Under the pieces are notes generated by a model. That model was not told the DNA's origin. It was given only the letters and a program-made list of their open reading frames with translations, and did no database searches. Both the position numbers and the translations under genes were made by a program. Below, one piece after another: positions 24,924 through 38,700 of a stretch of 64,000 bases of DNA. Source of the DNA: Tricharina praecox. Taxonomy: Eukaryota. Every line of letters starts with the position of its first letter. Position 1 is the first letter of the stretch. Location of the stretch: assembly GCF_024521635.1 (NCBI RefSeq), contig NW_026250410.1, forward strand, positions 1,116,001 to 1,180,000, read 5' to 3'.

Positions 24924-25512
24924 GAGAGAACACCGATTTATTCTCGCATACGGCCTGTCTACTCTACTGAATAGTACGGTAGATAAGTCGGTAGACTACC
25001 GACCGGTATGGCGATCCTGCCGGTACTATTGCCGGGTCCGTGCCGTGCCAATACGGCACCTGGAGCTGGGGGACGAGTGGCGAGTGGCGAGTGACCCCCA
25101 GTGCAGCGGTGCCGGATCGAAGGCCGTGTCGATGCAGATATAGGTAGAACCGGACACGATCCTAAATACAATCCCATAGTGAGTGGGGAGTGGGGAGAGG
25201 GGAGAAGGGGGAGAGAACAGTGGTTTATTATCTACGGCATATCTACTCTACTGTATATTACTGCATAGTACGGTAAGTTCGGTAAGTAAGTCGGTAAGTA
25301 GTTCGGTAGACTACCGGTAAGGCGATCCTACCGGTACTATTGCCTGGTCTGCGCCGTACCAGTACGGCACCTATCTACGGTACCGGTATGTACACACGGT
25401 ATGTACCTGGGACCTGTACCTGGGGGGCGAGTGGCGAGTGGCGAGTGATCCCCCATGTATATGCCGGATCGAAGCCCGTACCCCATCCCGTACTCTATCA
25501 ATGCCGATATCT
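24924..25512 (+). repeat. Degenerate tandem duplication, period ~290 bp
   Basis: Shared TCTACTCTACTG, TCGGTAGACTACCG, GGCGATCCT.CCGGTACTATTGCC, CGAGTGGCGAGTGGCGAGTGA and GCCGGATCGAAG blocks in the same order. Confidence 0.8.
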
Positions 25513-27073
25513 ATACTCCAGGTACTCGAGGTACTCTGAAGAGAACCGCTTGGAGTCCTAAACCTTACGGGGGAGGGGAGTCGATACTAAATACAACCCC
25601 TCTAGCCCCTCTAGCTCTACATACGATGATACGATACCTACGCCGTGCGCACGCTCAAGGCATAGAACCCCATACTTTAAGTGAAGGTGGCACTGGGCAG
25701 AGGCTAGATTTCCTATGTATGGCCGGATCACAGCGGCGGTTGACTGTGGGACGAATCCAAAAATACGGCGGCGCATGCGTGTAGCATGCGTGTAACTGGG
25801 TAGGTAGGTATTCGTTCATTCATTCTGCAGGATCGGAAACGGAAACAAAGTGCGCAGCGGGCATAAAGATTGTATATTTGCTGAGTTGGGCTGATTTGGG
25901 CCATAATAAGGGCAACAGGGCAATACAAGGGCATCACAAGAGACTGAAAATACAAGGGCAACACACGAGACTGGCATCAAGGCCCGAGTCTACCTGGGGT
26001 ATCTATCTATATAGTATAGAGATAGGTGGATAGGAGGATATCTGGATAGGTGGATAGGAGGATAGGTAGACCGTAGATACCGCCACCGCTGTGCATACCT
26101 ATTGTTGGTATTCCAAAACCCCCTCCGCCTCAAAGATATTGGATGCGTCCTTGGTATGCCATACCAATACTCCTCCATACTCCTCTACAGCACTCTGGAA
26201 CCCTTCCCTACCCACAGCTCTCAGTACCGATAGGCCCATACTTGGTGGAGTATCTATCTATACCATATTAAAGCCTATCCCTTCGGTGCCGGGATACCCA
26301 GACCAAGCTTTTTCATCCCCCCGTCCATCCCCCGTCTCCGTTCCAGAATCCATCCCACATCCCATATCCCACGTCCCACATATCCGGTCCTCGTCCGATG
26401 CGGGGATATATACAGGCCACAGGCAGACAAGCAGGCAGGCAGGCAGGTATAGTAGCAACAAGACTTCCCGGACGATTCAGGGGCGGGGGGGAGTGGTGAT
26501 AGTTATACCAATGTACTCTACCATACGATAGGCCACTCGCGCGCTTGCGGCGTACGCGTTCGATAGATAGGGGGATGGTTCGTTGCATTCGTTGCACTCT
26601 CCATAGCTCTTCATTGCAAAGTGCCGCGTACGCCACCCACGATCAAGCTGGGAAGGAAAGGAAATCCTGCCATTTTCCCGCAGAGTAGCGCCATTCCCCC
26701 CCGCCGCTTCTTTGCGGATAACTCGGGGTGTCGGGCCCATGTAGATTGGCGAGAGGAGGGGGACCGAGTCCCTCGCCCTCGCAGATAGGTACTTAAGTAC
26801 TTACATACCCGGTGGCCGTCCGGCCGCTGAACCGACATCATCCCCAATCAAAGCTCGGCCGATTCAAGCTCTTCCACCCCTTCCCCGCCCCCCTGATAGA
26901 AGAGAAGGGTAGGTAGTGGCGGCGGCGGCCTGACCGTGGATTGAATGGATATGCATGGGAGTTAGATGTAGAGTGCTGAGATGATTCTCATCTCAGATGA
27001 AGGAAGGAAGGAAGGAAGGCAGGAATCAGGATAGGATATGATACGGGTTGGGTTGGACTCACCGGTTGGTGGG

Positions 27074-27121
27074 CGGTGGACGGTGGACGGTGGACGGTGG
27101 ACGGTGGACGGTGGACGGTGG
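27074..27121 (+). repeat. (GGTGGAC)n heptamer microsatellite
   Basis: About 6.5 perfect copies read directly. Confidence 0.9.
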
Positions 27122-29870
27122 GCAATCAATTACAATGATAGAGCAACGGTCGGCCTGGATTGATACTCTAGAGTAGAGTAAATGGCCCCCGTGCGGCGTC
27201 GAGGTTCGTATCACACTTCGATTCGAATAATATATCACTCGCCGCAACACTCGTAACACGCCAGCATCCCCCTCATCCCCCTCAACCCCCCTCCGAATTC
27301 CGTGTCCTCGCTCGTTGCCTTGCCTTGTATCGTCGCATCGTCGCATCTGGAGCCTGCCTGAGGGAAATTGAGGGTATATAGCATGAGCCCTCGTAGAGTA
27401 GAGTATGGTTCTCCAGGACCGGGGGTGGGGGCCTTCCTTTTTAAGCTAGCCAGTAACCGAGGCGGGTCGGCGAGAGTGGATGGGATCCATAGCGTGCCGG
27501 GCACTAGTTATCTAGAGTACTCTACTCTACCGCATGTTCCGCAGAATCCACCAAGAGGATGATGCTGATGCACGTGCGAGCGTCGGCGAGGCTGATGGGA
27601 TGGGTGAAGCCTGAAGGCTGCGAAACTATTGTATAGTACTCTATGTAGTGCCTAGCCGACTCCCTAGCCTTCGGAGGAACGACGAAATCAAACCAATCTC
27701 ATCACGGCTCACGCTGGGGCGGCGAGGGTGGGTTTGCCCGGGCGGATGAAGATGGGTAGGTGCAGGTTGAATTACTCTGTGTCCGCGTGATCGGCAGAAG
27801 TCGCACGGGCTCGCTGACATGTCGAGTAACGGGGGACAAACTCACGATGGTGCTGGTGACGATGGCGATGACGATGGCAGTTTGATTTGTGTTGTGTTGG
27901 TTTGGTTTGGCATTGAAGTAGAGTGTCTGGACTCTGGTTGGTTATTTCCGAACGGAGGGTTGGCAATTCCTGGTACGGGCGGACGAGAAAAATAAAATAA
28001 AAGGCCGTGCGGTACGGTGCGGCACAGAGCCAGCAGCAGCAGCAGCGTCGCCAGTCATGATAAGAGTTGTCTTGCCTTTTGCCTTTAAGACACGGGCTAC
28101 GCATGTGTTGGCACGCATCATCAGCATCACCAGAGCGGTTAGAAAGAGGGGGTTGAGAAGGTTTACTAGTAGAAGAGTGGCTAAGCACTTAGCTAATGTA
28201 TGTGGGCACGCGATTGGAGCTTGAATCAACGGCCAATCACGACGGAGAATGGGAGAGTCGGAGGCGCAGACGCACAGCCGATTCTCTCTGGCTCGCTCCG
28301 TGGTGTGTCCCGTTCTTTGTTTCGACATCTTCCGCACCAACTAGCCATCCCGCTCGCGCCCCCCGATCTCGGCCGGCTGCTGACGACACGACGCAGGCTC
28401 CGCAGCCACAGTATCAAAGAGTCTCTCCATCTCGCGCTCCCTCCTCCTCCTCGCCATCAACGTCGAGATAGCATCAAGGATCGTCGCCGCTTGTCTTACC
28501 GGGTACGCGATGATCCCAGGTCCCCGGTAATTTGGCGGTTGTTTTGGCCAATCAGCGCTGACCGGGACCTGACGCCATACTGGGATCGTGTTTCGGAAAG
28601 ACAACGGAGGTTTTTTTTTGTTGTGTGTGTGTGTGGGTGTGTGCTGCTGCTGCTGCTGCCCGCATGCATGCCCTGTCTCCTCCCTTGCGTGCGATGGTGA
28701 CGATGATGATGATGGTGATGCCTGGTGATGCCTGGTCCTGTCCCCCTGATGGGAAGGTTTCATGAAGCCGGTCTCTTCGCCTTCGCTCTCCTCTCGTCTC
28801 CTCCAAAGTTCCCAGCCGCTCGCTCGCTGCTCGCTGCGAGGATGTCCGCGGTCGACGAAGAGTCGGGTTCACGACGATGCCACTCCCTGGTTCTAGCGGG
28901 TTACACAGTTCGTTAGTCAAGACGCGACGAGGGGTGAGGAATCGAGAGGAGACTCTTAACTAAGGATTCTTTTATTGGATGGCTGACTGCGCAGACGGGG
29001 GATTTAGAGTAGCCAGAGCAGAGGAGAGTTTCTAGGTACACAGAGTAGAGTGCCGGTAGATGACTGGCGTAAGAGAGCAGGCACCACCCAGGTCCCAGGC
29101 AGGTACACACGACGGCTGGGATGGGATGGGCAATAGAGTAGAGGGTTGTGTTTTGCGTCTAGAACGCAATGCGCAGACTCTCCAATGGATGGTAGGTGGA
29201 GAAGCAGAGAGGTATGCGACGAGCAGCAGCAGTACGGCATCTACACTAGAGTACCGTAGTCACTGCGAAGCGGCCGTGGACGATGGCCAGTCCAAGATGC
29301 GCCTCTGCTAGCTGGAGCGCAGCGCAACGCAACCGGCGGTACTGGCCATTCCAACTCATTCGCGACCCCACCCCCCCAAAGTCGTCCACCCACCCTTCAC
29401 TTTAACCTCCCCACCCCCGGCCCCAGGCCTTGCTGCTTTCAAGCAGGTACCCGATACGAACTTGCCTAGTCGAACACCTCACTGCCGCCCACTACCGCTC
29501 TCCTCCTCCTCCTCCTCTTCTTCTTTCCTCTCTTCTCTCCTTCCTCTTCCTTTCCTCATCCATACATTCCTTCTCCCTCACCGGGTATCTTCATTTGCAA
29601 CCCACAATCTTTTCGCAGCGCGACACCTTTCTCCCCTCCCCATATTACGGCAGCCTCCCCCTCTTCCTTGTCGCGATTCCTCTCTTCTCTTCCTTCTCCC
29701 TATCGCTTCCCCCAGTCTTTTCTTCGCTGCGAAAAAAAAACATCTCTCACTGCAGTCATTCTTTTCAAAACAACGCCCTTCACCACCACCACGCTCTCTT
29801 CAAAAATACCTAGACAATCCGCCTCGGCCATCTCGCGCACGAAACGAAAACACAGAGTAACAACAACACG

Positions 29871-31496
29871 ATGTACTCCAAGTCAATCTTCTTGGCCGTC
29901 TCGCTCCTCGCCCTGGAGGCGAGCGCCTTTTGGCGTCTCCCCTGCAGGCAGCGTCTCGCCTTGGAGCGAGTGGATCCCATCGACACTCCCGGAGTGATCG
30001 CGAAGCACGTGCATACGATCCACGGCGGTAACGGTAAGTAACTCGGCTCCGTCCCACAAAAATCCCCGTCGAGATTCGGAATTCTGATGCGTTTCGTTGC
30101 AGGTTTCTCGAAGGATGCTACTAATGCCGACATGCGTGCGTCCACCTGCACGAGTTGCTCCGTCAAGGAGGACAACTCGGCCTACTGGACTCCCAACTTG
30201 TACTGGCAGAGTCCCGAGGGAATGTTTACCGCGGTCAACCAGACCGGAGGAATGCTTGTGTATGTGCATCTCGCTCACAAATCTCATTCGCCATGCTGAC
30301 CTCGGCTCGCAGCTACTACCTCCAGCGTGGAGAGAATGTCCAGGTCTTCCCAGAGGATCTGCGCATCATCGCGGGTGACTCTTCGGTGACTTACAACATC
30401 TCACAGTACGCGGACACCCCCAAGTCCGAGTGGGCCAACCTTGGCCTCTCGACGGACCAGAGCTTCCTGAGACAGAAGGCTATCGGATACAATTGCCTTA
30501 ATTACGCTGCTCCCGCCGAGGCCGCTCTGGGTCTGGCCAGGATCCCGCAAGATCGCCGTTGCCCCGATGGTCTCCGCGCGGAAGTCTTCTTTCCTAGCTG
30601 CTGGGATGGAAAGAACTCGGACTCCTCTGATCACAGGTCGCACATGGCTTACCCCAGCACCATGGACGACGGTGACTGTCCCGATGGATTCCCCGTCCGT
30701 GTGCCTTCGCTCTTCTTCGAGACCATCTGGAACGTAGATGCCTTCTACGGACAGGGTGGCCAGTTCGTGTTTTCTCACGGCGACCAGGATGGTAGCTACT
30801 CCCCCCTTTTTGCAACATGGATCATCACCCGTTGCGAGCTCCGGATACACAAGCTAACCTCCCTGATCAGGTGATGGCGGTCATGGTGATTTCTTCAACG
30901 GATGGCAGCAGGACGTTCTGGAGCGTGCCATCAACACCTGCACCGACCCTTCCGGTGTTGTTGAGAAGTGTGGAGAGTTTACTTTCAACACTGTCGAGGA
31001 GTACAGCGCATGCACGATTGAGCCTGAGATTCACGAGGACGTCTGGGGCCCGATGGCCAAGCTACCTGGCTGCAACAACCTTCGCGCCGCCGATGGATCC
31101 GTCGTGAACTCTTCGTGCGACGATGACACTTCGGTCGTTTCGTCCTCCAAGACCAAGAGCACCGCGAAGTCCACCTCCACCAAGGCCTACTCGACCGAGT
31201 CCGTCGAGACCGCCGCCGCGACCACTGCCACTGCCGCGGCTACCGCCAGCCCGTACCCCACCCTCGACGACGACGAGTCCGTCGGCAAGGATGAGGAGAC
31301 CGAGGTTGTCGAGAACGACGACCCTTACCTTGTCATCATCACTGTCACTGAGTACGAGTACAAGCATGTGAAGACCACGACCACCGTGAAGGCGCCCGCA
31401 GCGGTGAAGACGGTGACCGCAGCCCCCGTGTACGAGACGGCTTACGCTAAGCGTCACCTCCACAACCACGGAAAGCGTCACGCCCACCGCAACTAG
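29871..31496 (+). CDS. Secreted DUF1996 domain protein with Thr/Ala-rich tail; exons 29871-30033, 30103-30259, 30313-30791, 30871-31496
   Basis: Signal peptide MYSKSIFLAVSLLALEASA. DUF1996 motifs ERVDPI, HVHTIHGGNGF, CTSCSVKEDNSAYWTPNLY, CPDGLRAEVFFPSCWDGKN, HGDFFNGW. His-rich C-terminus KRHLHNHGKRHAHRN. Confidence 0.92.
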
Positions 31497-33002
31497 GGAG
31501 CTTCTGACGGATAGGTTGGGGGTATCTGCTAGGCTGGGAACTGGGCGGAGGGGATTTTCACTTCTTGTTCTTTCTTCTGTTTCATTCTTCTAACGAAATA
31601 ACTTTACGATTCAAGTTTGTGACTTGGTTTTTCATGCTTTTCGTTTCACTTCAAGTACTTATTGATATCATTGTGTGGCTTGTCACGTTTGTGTTGAGGT
31701 TCTGATCTGGGGGTTGTGATCAGCGGGGGTACTGGTTAGCGGGGGTACTGGTTAGCGGGGGTTCTGGTCTAATTCGATCACGGTCTCTGGGATGCTGCAG
31801 GCTGTATAAAAGGGACGGAGGAACTGTATATGCGTTGTTGTGTTGTTGTGTGCGTCTTGTAGCCGGCGTTGCTGTTGTCTGAGGTACCGTTTGTGATTTT
31901 GGATCGGAGCGAGCGAGAGGAGTCATCTGGAATGGAGATAGGGTGGATATTAGTGGTAGTTTGCGGAGGAATTAATAGAGGGAATGGAACGCGGAGTTGA
32001 AACGTACACTTGCTCGCTGGATGTGGTGACTGTGAATTCGAAGTGACTCGGACTGTCTGTGCTGTGAGCGGAAACAAACGATGGAAAAAAGTGAAGGAGT
32101 TGACGTTGATGCTCCTACGTTTCGAGTCGGTTGTCGGCGATGATGGGAGTGATTGAATCAATGAAATGGCGAAGAAGAGGACGATGAGGATGAGGATGGT
32201 GAAGCGGGGAACACGAGAGAACGAAGGAAGAAACAACAGAGAAGATGGACAGGGCCTCATGGCCGCACAGGCTCCGTCATAGAGGCGCCATCGAGCGCGC
32301 CATCGACACCTTCGCACCAGCGTCATACTGTGCGGCCATTCAAAGCCCTTCATGAGACCTCACTAGCATCACCCGGGCAGCGGGCTGGGTAGAGTCCGCG
32401 CTAGGGTCTGGGCAAGGGCCGGGATAGGATCCGGGCGGGGGCTGGGCCAAGGGGTTACTGGGGAAACGGAGGTGGTATGAGGGTGAGAGAATGTCAGTTT
32501 ACTGTTGCACTGATTGGATACACCCTTCACACCCTCCATACACGCACACACGCTCAAGACCCGGTCGGCCGGTGGAGAAATCCTGTTTGGCACCAGAATG
32601 TGGCATGGGAAAATGGAGGGATGGAGGGAAGGAGGGAGGGATGAATTACATCCCGAGTGAGTGAGTGAGTGAGTGAGTCGCCGACCACCACCGATATCCC
32701 GACTGTGAGGCGGGAATTCTCACTCGTCGCATTATCGCGCGTTTGAGCGCATCTCGTTTGCATTTGCCGCCAGGGTCGGCTGGAATGTTCATACTCCGCC
32801 CCTCCGTCACGCTCGCGCTTGCGGTTTGCGCATCTGGAAAGGGAGGGCAGGTCTGGGCAGGGCTGTGGAGGGCTGGCTGGAATGTATCCGCTGCATGTCC
32901 TTCGCTTGTAAATTTGCCGCAGTGCAGTGCATTAATTTGGGCAAATCCGGACCGGTGAAGAGAGGTTGGAAACGAGTGATATCGAAAGCTGGAAGAATTT
33001 GG

Positions 33003-33050
33003 TGAGTGGAATCGAGTGGAATCGAGTGGAATCGAGTGGAATCGAGTGGA
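33003..33050 (+). repeat. (GAGTGGAATC)n decamer repeat
   Basis: About 4.7 copies read directly. Confidence 0.9.
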
Positions 33051-35551
33051 TTGCGTAGTGAGCTGTGTAACTAGTAGAAACTCCGACAGTATCAGGAATC
33101 TCGCAGCATACAGTGTATTCCCACTTCCCATTTCCCTCCTAACAAAGGTTGTCTAAACATTTGACACAGAAAAAACGGTATGAGGCAGTTGGTGAGGATT
33201 CGCCAGTGGCATGCGTGATACTGCCGCTGCAACGGGGAGAGGGCTGGTTGGATTGAGGAGGACTGGAGTAAATGACTAAGGTAAGGCAAGGTGGAGGTAT
33301 GGTAGAGACAGAGCGGGAAGTAAAGAAGCAAATAAGACTGGTCTGATATGATAGGGTCTTGTGGCTCGAGGTCTACCAGGTAGTACCGGTGTATCATGGG
33401 TGGGAAAACTGACGAGCGAGGAGTGGAGAGTTACTTGCGGAGGGAAGTAGGACATCGAAGCTTTTGAACGAAGCAACTGCCACCTACTTACATACCTGTC
33501 CGTGTGCGATACTCCAGCACAGCCCCCCTCTCCCCCTCCTCAAAACACATGCTGGACCTTCCGGCAACCCGTGCCGGAGACCTGCCTCTCCAGGCAGTGC
33601 ACTGGAGATCACTCGACACTCAGCACCCGTCAGCGTCGGTGTCGGGGGTGGCCGAGTTGGTCCGCGGCGGGAACGCCGGGGAGGGGTTAACTTTAACTAG
33701 CCGTATCAGTGCATACACTGGAGAACACTACTGCAAATTGCAATCCAAGATCTGAGTATGGTATGTAGAGCGATAACGAAGCGGGCTCTCACACTCCTGG
33801 CTCTCACACTCCTGGCTCGCGGATCCGGGGTGGAGGAGGCGGGGGTCGTACCCGCTGCGGTTGCCAGTTAGGGACTCGGTTCCCTAGATTAATCGCGTGT
33901 TTCCGATCGCATGTGGTCCGTGGAAGCTCCGAGCGAGGCGCTGTGACGCACAGAGCACGGGTATAGTTCCCGTATATTATGCATATATCGAGGTTGAAGG
34001 CGAGGCGGTTTTTCGCTTGCTCTCGCGCGGAGAATGATGATTCGCCTTGCCTTCACAGCCGGAGCTTTGGGATTATAGCCCGCCATCCAGGATTCTAGAT
34101 ACTCGGTCTTCGGCCGGACAGAACTGCGAGTTGGTTACGACGTATATTAGAATTTGGGGTTCTGGCCGGTCGACCGTCGATGGCGAGCGTGTATGCAATT
34201 GGCTCGTTCGAGTTATGCATCCGCAGGCACTGTATGCAGCTTATGCACTGTATAGACGGACTTGAAGAACGTGGTGAGCGTGGCAAACGTGGCAAACGTG
34301 GCAAACGTGGTGGGCGTGGCAGGTGTGGCAGATCGAGGTGTAAACGGCCGACGGGTGGCACATTAGACATTGGTAGCGGCGGCATAAGTAGTGCACGTGG
34401 AGGACCTGTTCCTGTTCCTGGAGACTCCGGGGTGCATGCTGTATGCGGGATTTCTACGTTGGATGATGGAGGCGGGGAAGCTTCGGTGGGGTCTCCATGT
34501 GATGATGCAGATGAAGTCTTCAAGCTAAGCTGGTACGATGTGCCTGGGGGTGTGGCTACTAACTGCCGCAGGTCTGCAGAAGAGCATGCTCGCTGTAAAC
34601 ACCGTTGGACGATAGGTCAATCTAGTAATCACCGGAAGATCATATCATATCATATCATACGTGGGATCTGCTCTATTCGACCTCCTCCGCAAGGCTGCAG
34701 TTTCCACTGCTCACCATGGAGATCTGGTTGATTGTCTGGGTGGGTGGATGAAGTTGGTCGCTGCATTGAGCTGGATATCTAGATTCTGGACTGCAGAAAA
34801 GATATCTGGGGCATGATCCAGAAACGTAGAACACACCATAATAAAATCCAGTCTTTCTGGCTGGCTGGAGAGTGAGGGATAGGTCCAGAACGTAGGGTGG
34901 AAGCCCACATGTGATCAGACAAACATTGTGGGATACCTACATGTATGCGGAAGGGCCGAGAATTCTGGTTGAGCGGGGTGACTTCTCGCCAACACTCGAC
35001 ACGGATACTTGCCTACCACCAATCCAATATCGACAGCAAGTGGTTAGCAGCCGTTGACGATTCAGCGGGGACGCTCACAGCCGCTACAGCTAGTAATCCA
35101 ACCAACTGCCGGGCCACTAGAGTACTCTCCTGCACCCTAAACGTGGCGGGAACATGGCGGGAACATGGCCGTCCATTTAGTTACAAGGGCAAAGCATATT
35201 CAGACTCATGGCGGAAGGAAAGCTTGTGCCCGGCCTGGGGTGCATGCGGTCTTCGTATTCGCCCGCGCCTAGATGGTAGCAATGGTGCTGATCGAGGAAG
35301 CGATACATGTGACTGCCGGTGGTGATACGGTAAGATGGGCGGAAGGATCATCGAAGATGTCAGAGTTGATTTGAGGCCTGGCTGATGGGTTGTGTTAGGT
35401 ACAACGTGGAACAGCTACGAGTCACCCACAACCGGAGGGTATCGATCTACTATCGATCCGGCAGCCAAGTCGCAGGAGGTTGCTGCTAGTTCCAGTAATG
35501 CATAGTATGCAACTTGCAAACGCACTGGCGAGCTGGCCTGAGGGTGCAGCG

Positions 35552-35722
35552 ATAACGCAAGTAAAGTAAAGTGCATAATCCTCGATCTCACGGTGGCTTT
35601 GGGGTGTAACGAGAGCAAAAGTATAGCGCATAATTCATCCTCGATCTTGCGGTGATTTTGGGTGTAACGGGAGTGAAAGTACGTACAGTGCATCATGCAT
35701 CCCCGATCTTGCCGTGGTTTGC
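35552..35722 (+). repeat. Degenerate ~60-bp tandem repeat x3
   Basis: ATCC(T/C)CGATCT..C(G/C)GTG..TTT recurs three times; GGGTGTAACG occurs twice. Confidence 0.7.
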
Positions 35723-38700
35723 GCTTGCGCTTGGGGAATGGGATGCATAAATTGTTCGTATCCGGCATCTTCTTGGCCGGCCGGCAGGCAGGCGGGCAGG
35801 CAGGAAGTCCGGAATGCATGTGATGCACATCGGTGAGTAGACCCGAACTTTTGACTGCACCCCGGGTTTCTGGGTGCAACGTGGGAGCCGTTTTCCCCCC
35901 GCTCCGAAATATCCGTACAAACACCCGGCGCCGGAGTCCCGGGTGCACCGTGCACCGTGGCCGTGCACCGTGCACCGGGAAGTAGACCGGGAACTAGACC
36001 GTAGGCCAATCAATTTTCAAGTTAAGCCGTGGTACCTACTCGGGTGCGTATCGAGTAGTATTTCCCACTCAAAAACACTCAGACCCAGGAGTCAGGCTTC
36101 GTGGGATTCATCTCTCCTTCGAGTTCGAGTCGAGTACGGAGAGTAGGCCGTTTGAAAAAGGGTTCTTGAAGGTGGATGGTGGGATCGGGATTCCCGTTCG
36201 AGCTCGAGAAAAGGGAATTCAGACTGACTGCATGCGATGAAGTCGTCCACGATGAACGAAGCCCTTTGAGCCAGCGCTCCGGAATATCGGAGAACGGACC
36301 GCGTGCGATGACGGATCACCTGCTCTACAGCTCAACATCGGGGATCACTCGACCGGCTTAACCATTCCTGGAACCTGTACCTCCGGATGAACGACTCCGG
36401 AGTTATATGTAGCTACCCGCCAGGCACGTCAACCGTCAACGGTCAGACCGGACTATGGCGAACAGGGTTGAAGGAACGAGAATGCGGGGAGAGACGATCG
36501 ATCGGGTAGGGCCGACGACATGTACATACACCAGTTACTCTACCTAATTTACTCTATGGTAGGTACAGGACAAATGACCGCCATGTGGGAAGTAAGGGAC
36601 AGTATGCGGTGTGCTTCAGTTACTTGCAGACTGGAAATTCGATGTACTAGTTTTCGAAGGGAAGGTGGCAATGTCCTGTTCACGCGGGGTGGACATTGCT
36701 ATGTAGGCAAACCATACATATCATATGTGCTTTGCTTCCTTCGCATGCGGACGTGCGGGACTGAGCGAGCGCACGCCGCATGGTGGCATGGTGGTAATAT
36801 GGCACGTGGCGCACTGGCGCACTGGCGCGATATCGTGGAGGTGGAGGTGCATTTTCTCCGATGCACTACGTACGGTGTAACGGTGGGTACTCTAACTGTC
36901 AGAGGCCACTCTACGTCGTACTACATGCATGCATATTCACCTACCCTACGCCACACACCCTACACCACACCGGCCATGCCGAGCGGGGCTGTCGACTTCG
37001 CGGAGCCGGTTTGATGTGGCGCCATAACGATGCCCTATGGTGGCGGTGCACGGCGTCGCGGGATTGAATTCCAAAGCCAAAGGCTCGTCTGTCCGGCTGG
37101 ACGGCGCCTCGCGCTCTGATGCCTGTGCAACGGTCCTTTCATCTCGACGTGGGCGAGCGAGCGGCCAGGAAAACACCCCCTCTTCCCCTCTCCCAGGAAA
37201 CTAGCCGCCGTCCGACGGCCCGCAGATAGAGTGTGTTGTTTGCGGTGGCGAGTACCGTACCGTACCATAGGAACCTACCTCATACATACCAGACGTTGCT
37301 CGCTCCTCGACGTTTCAACCGGTGACAGTGTCAGGTTTGTGGTTGGGTTGGGTCCTGTTATCGCCAAGCGCCGAGCAGGGAACATCTTGCCCGGGCCGAC
37401 TGCACCCTCCAAGTACTCCAGGAGGGGTGGTGTTGAACGCTCCACGCTGACTCTCTGCTACTCTATTCCACATACATCCTACATACCCAGTACTGACAGA
37501 GGACTGACTGGCCATGCTCGCGTACATACCGGTTTGCTTCGAGCGCTGCGGAATCTACGCAAGGCAACAGCATGTACCTGTCGATATACTGGAAACAACT
37601 GGCCGTATGTACCATACACAGCTACATGCATGCATATCCTATGCAGTGGCTGGATATGGCATCGATCCTTCATCTGCACCGAGAACGGCGGACAAATCTC
37701 GGCCGGCACCGCGATGCGGCACATGTGGAGAAGAGAATGCGCGCGCTGCTCTGGCTTTCGTTCGACTCAGCCTTTGGCCCGCATCGAGTGCATAGAAGAG
37801 TACATACCGGTACTCTAGGGTACGTGGGTGAGTTTCACGCACTTGGGTTCTCGAGGCTGGAGGTGAGGTGGAAAGTGGGTGCCCGGCTGACAATGTTAGG
37901 TAACTTGGTACTCTATGGTAGGTGTTGAAAGGTGTCAGTGTGCATACTCGTGCGCCGCCGCCGTGCCTGAACTGATGATGTCCCCGCAGTCTGTCGGATG
38001 TCATCTGGACGAAGTGTGCGGTAGAATGACACGGCGATCGCTAGTTGTGCCTTGGAGGTGGGAGTGGGGAGAGCCGCCTGTAGGACGCAGCGGAGGGGGG
38101 CCTATCTAGAGTGGTTGCCTGTAGAGTACTATCATGCCGCAGGTACGTACTCTAAGAGGCACGTACTTAGGCAGGTACCAGATACCCAGAGTACCTAACC
38201 TACTCTACCCTACTCCACTATCTACGACTGTGTGCTAACTACTATCCCCGGGAGACGCAGAACCACGGCCGGCTCAGGTCCAGAACTTCTCGTGTTCATC
38301 GACGGCAGAGACATACGCAGTTCCGGAATGAAGGCGATATGATCCCTTCTTCTTCTTCTGCCCTTCCTCGTTGCCCCTCCACGAGCTCCCCCCGGCCATG
38401 ATGCGGGCGGACGACCCCGCACTTCTGGGTACACCCACGCGCACGATACCACCTCCCATCCGTCGAATCTGCCGATGCCTAGTCCATCCATCCGACTGAT
38501 GGTGGCCCATGATCACGCACGGCGGATGATTGGCTACACACCCATCGCACCGCAGATCTAGCTGTAACGGCCACGGAGCTTAACTATTATTATTACGGTT
38601 TAGGGGGGGCTGTCGACGTCGGCAGGCAGCGACACGCAGGCCAACGGTTGACAAGACCACATGGCTGGCGCAAACGCGATCGGTTTCGGGTGATGTGGGT

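Noticed and set aside
32369..32460. GGGCTGGG-rich stretch ending GTTACTG, resembling a hAT MITE end
   Set aside because: No matching opposite TIR or TSD found.
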